This document shows positions 63,412-64,000 of a stretch of 64,000 bases of DNA, in pieces. Each line of letters opens with the position of its first letter. Within the stretch, counting starts at the first letter, position 1. A model generated the notes under the pieces. That model was not told where the DNA came from. It saw only the letters and a program-made list of their open reading frames with translations, and did no database searches. The position numbers were made by a program, and so were the translations under genes. The DNA is taken from contig NMRA01000001.1 of assembly GCA_002633005.1 (NCBI GenBank), forward strand, positions 2,272,933-2,336,932, written 5' to 3'. The stretch comes from Phoronis australis (lineage: Eukaryota > Animalia > Phoronida).

Positions 63412-64000
63412 CTACAATAATAATTCATAAATAACTAGAATGCAATGAGATACTAGCCAATTTCCGAGAAAGCAGAGTGTTCTAGTCTACCAATTATACC
63501 CTATCGACCATCTTTGCGGGAAAAAATTCCAATCCTGCACAATGAGACATTCGGACAATTCACCTAAAAATGTATAACGTATATCTCAAAATGTCCGTGT
63601 TAACGAATGAAACTGTGTTTCGTTCATGTCAATTTGTTCTGCCTTACATACGAGAATTAGATTTTGAGTCAAGAAATGATACTTCTGTGCTCTCACAAAG
63701 ATTTGTATGCAGAATACGTTTACCTCATCTCTTCGCAAGTTTTCAGATTACTCGCAAACCAGTAATACCCACACAGGTCACGTATTTTTTGAACCAGTTT
63801 TCTTCACTGAATAACTGGCATCAATGGTTCAAAACCTGGAACCCCTGTAATTGATTGCCTTCAAACCAACTACAGTTGATTCGCAATGAATATGGTTTAT
63901 AACATTTTTGCTGGCTTATAATATTCCATTTCCAACTACAATGCAAACATATTGCTTTGGTTACAGTAAACTTCTGTTTACAATGAACATTTTCGAACAT

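Noticed and set aside
63722-63845. Upstream CATSPERG exon
   Set aside because: Stops in all minus-strand frames, and it contains a small inverted repeat.
1-64000. Most short ORFs in the supplied track; any prokaryotic system (CRISPR, operons)
   Set aside because: This is intron-rich eukaryotic DNA. The ORFs are chance or antisense frames, and the tandem repeats lack unique spacers.

Overview
AT-rich animal (probably marine invertebrate) genomic DNA with GT-AG spliceosomal genes. The taxon is inferred from gene content and repeat types, not identified. The supplied ORF track is mostly noise; the genes were rebuilt by hand from splice sites and reading-frame phase, and protein identities come from motif recognition rather than a database search. 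Order: a probable signal-peptide first exon of an unknown minus-strand gene (1428-1506); about 8 kb of nested non-autonomous DNA transposons, including an N-bounded duplication that is probably an assembly artefact; PRPF39 (+, 14 coding exons, 9719-21473, about 663 aa); DMAC2/ATP5SL (-, 5 exons, about 287 aa) head-to-head with its paralogue DMAC2L/ATP5S (+, 5 exons, about 211 aa), with about 241 bp between the predicted start codons; and CATSPERG (-, 19 exons traced, 5' end and one internal segment unresolved), which may splice on into a long Ser/Thr-rich cytoplasmic tail. Best leads: (1) PRPF39 intron 3 carries three equally spaced 25-nt acceptor modules with U12-like branch points, interleaved with co-oriented CTCF-like motifs; (2) the divergent DMAC2/DMAC2L pair; (3) the extended CatSper-gamma tail; (4) an intronic H/ACA snoRNA candidate and many long intronic hairpins in PRPF39.
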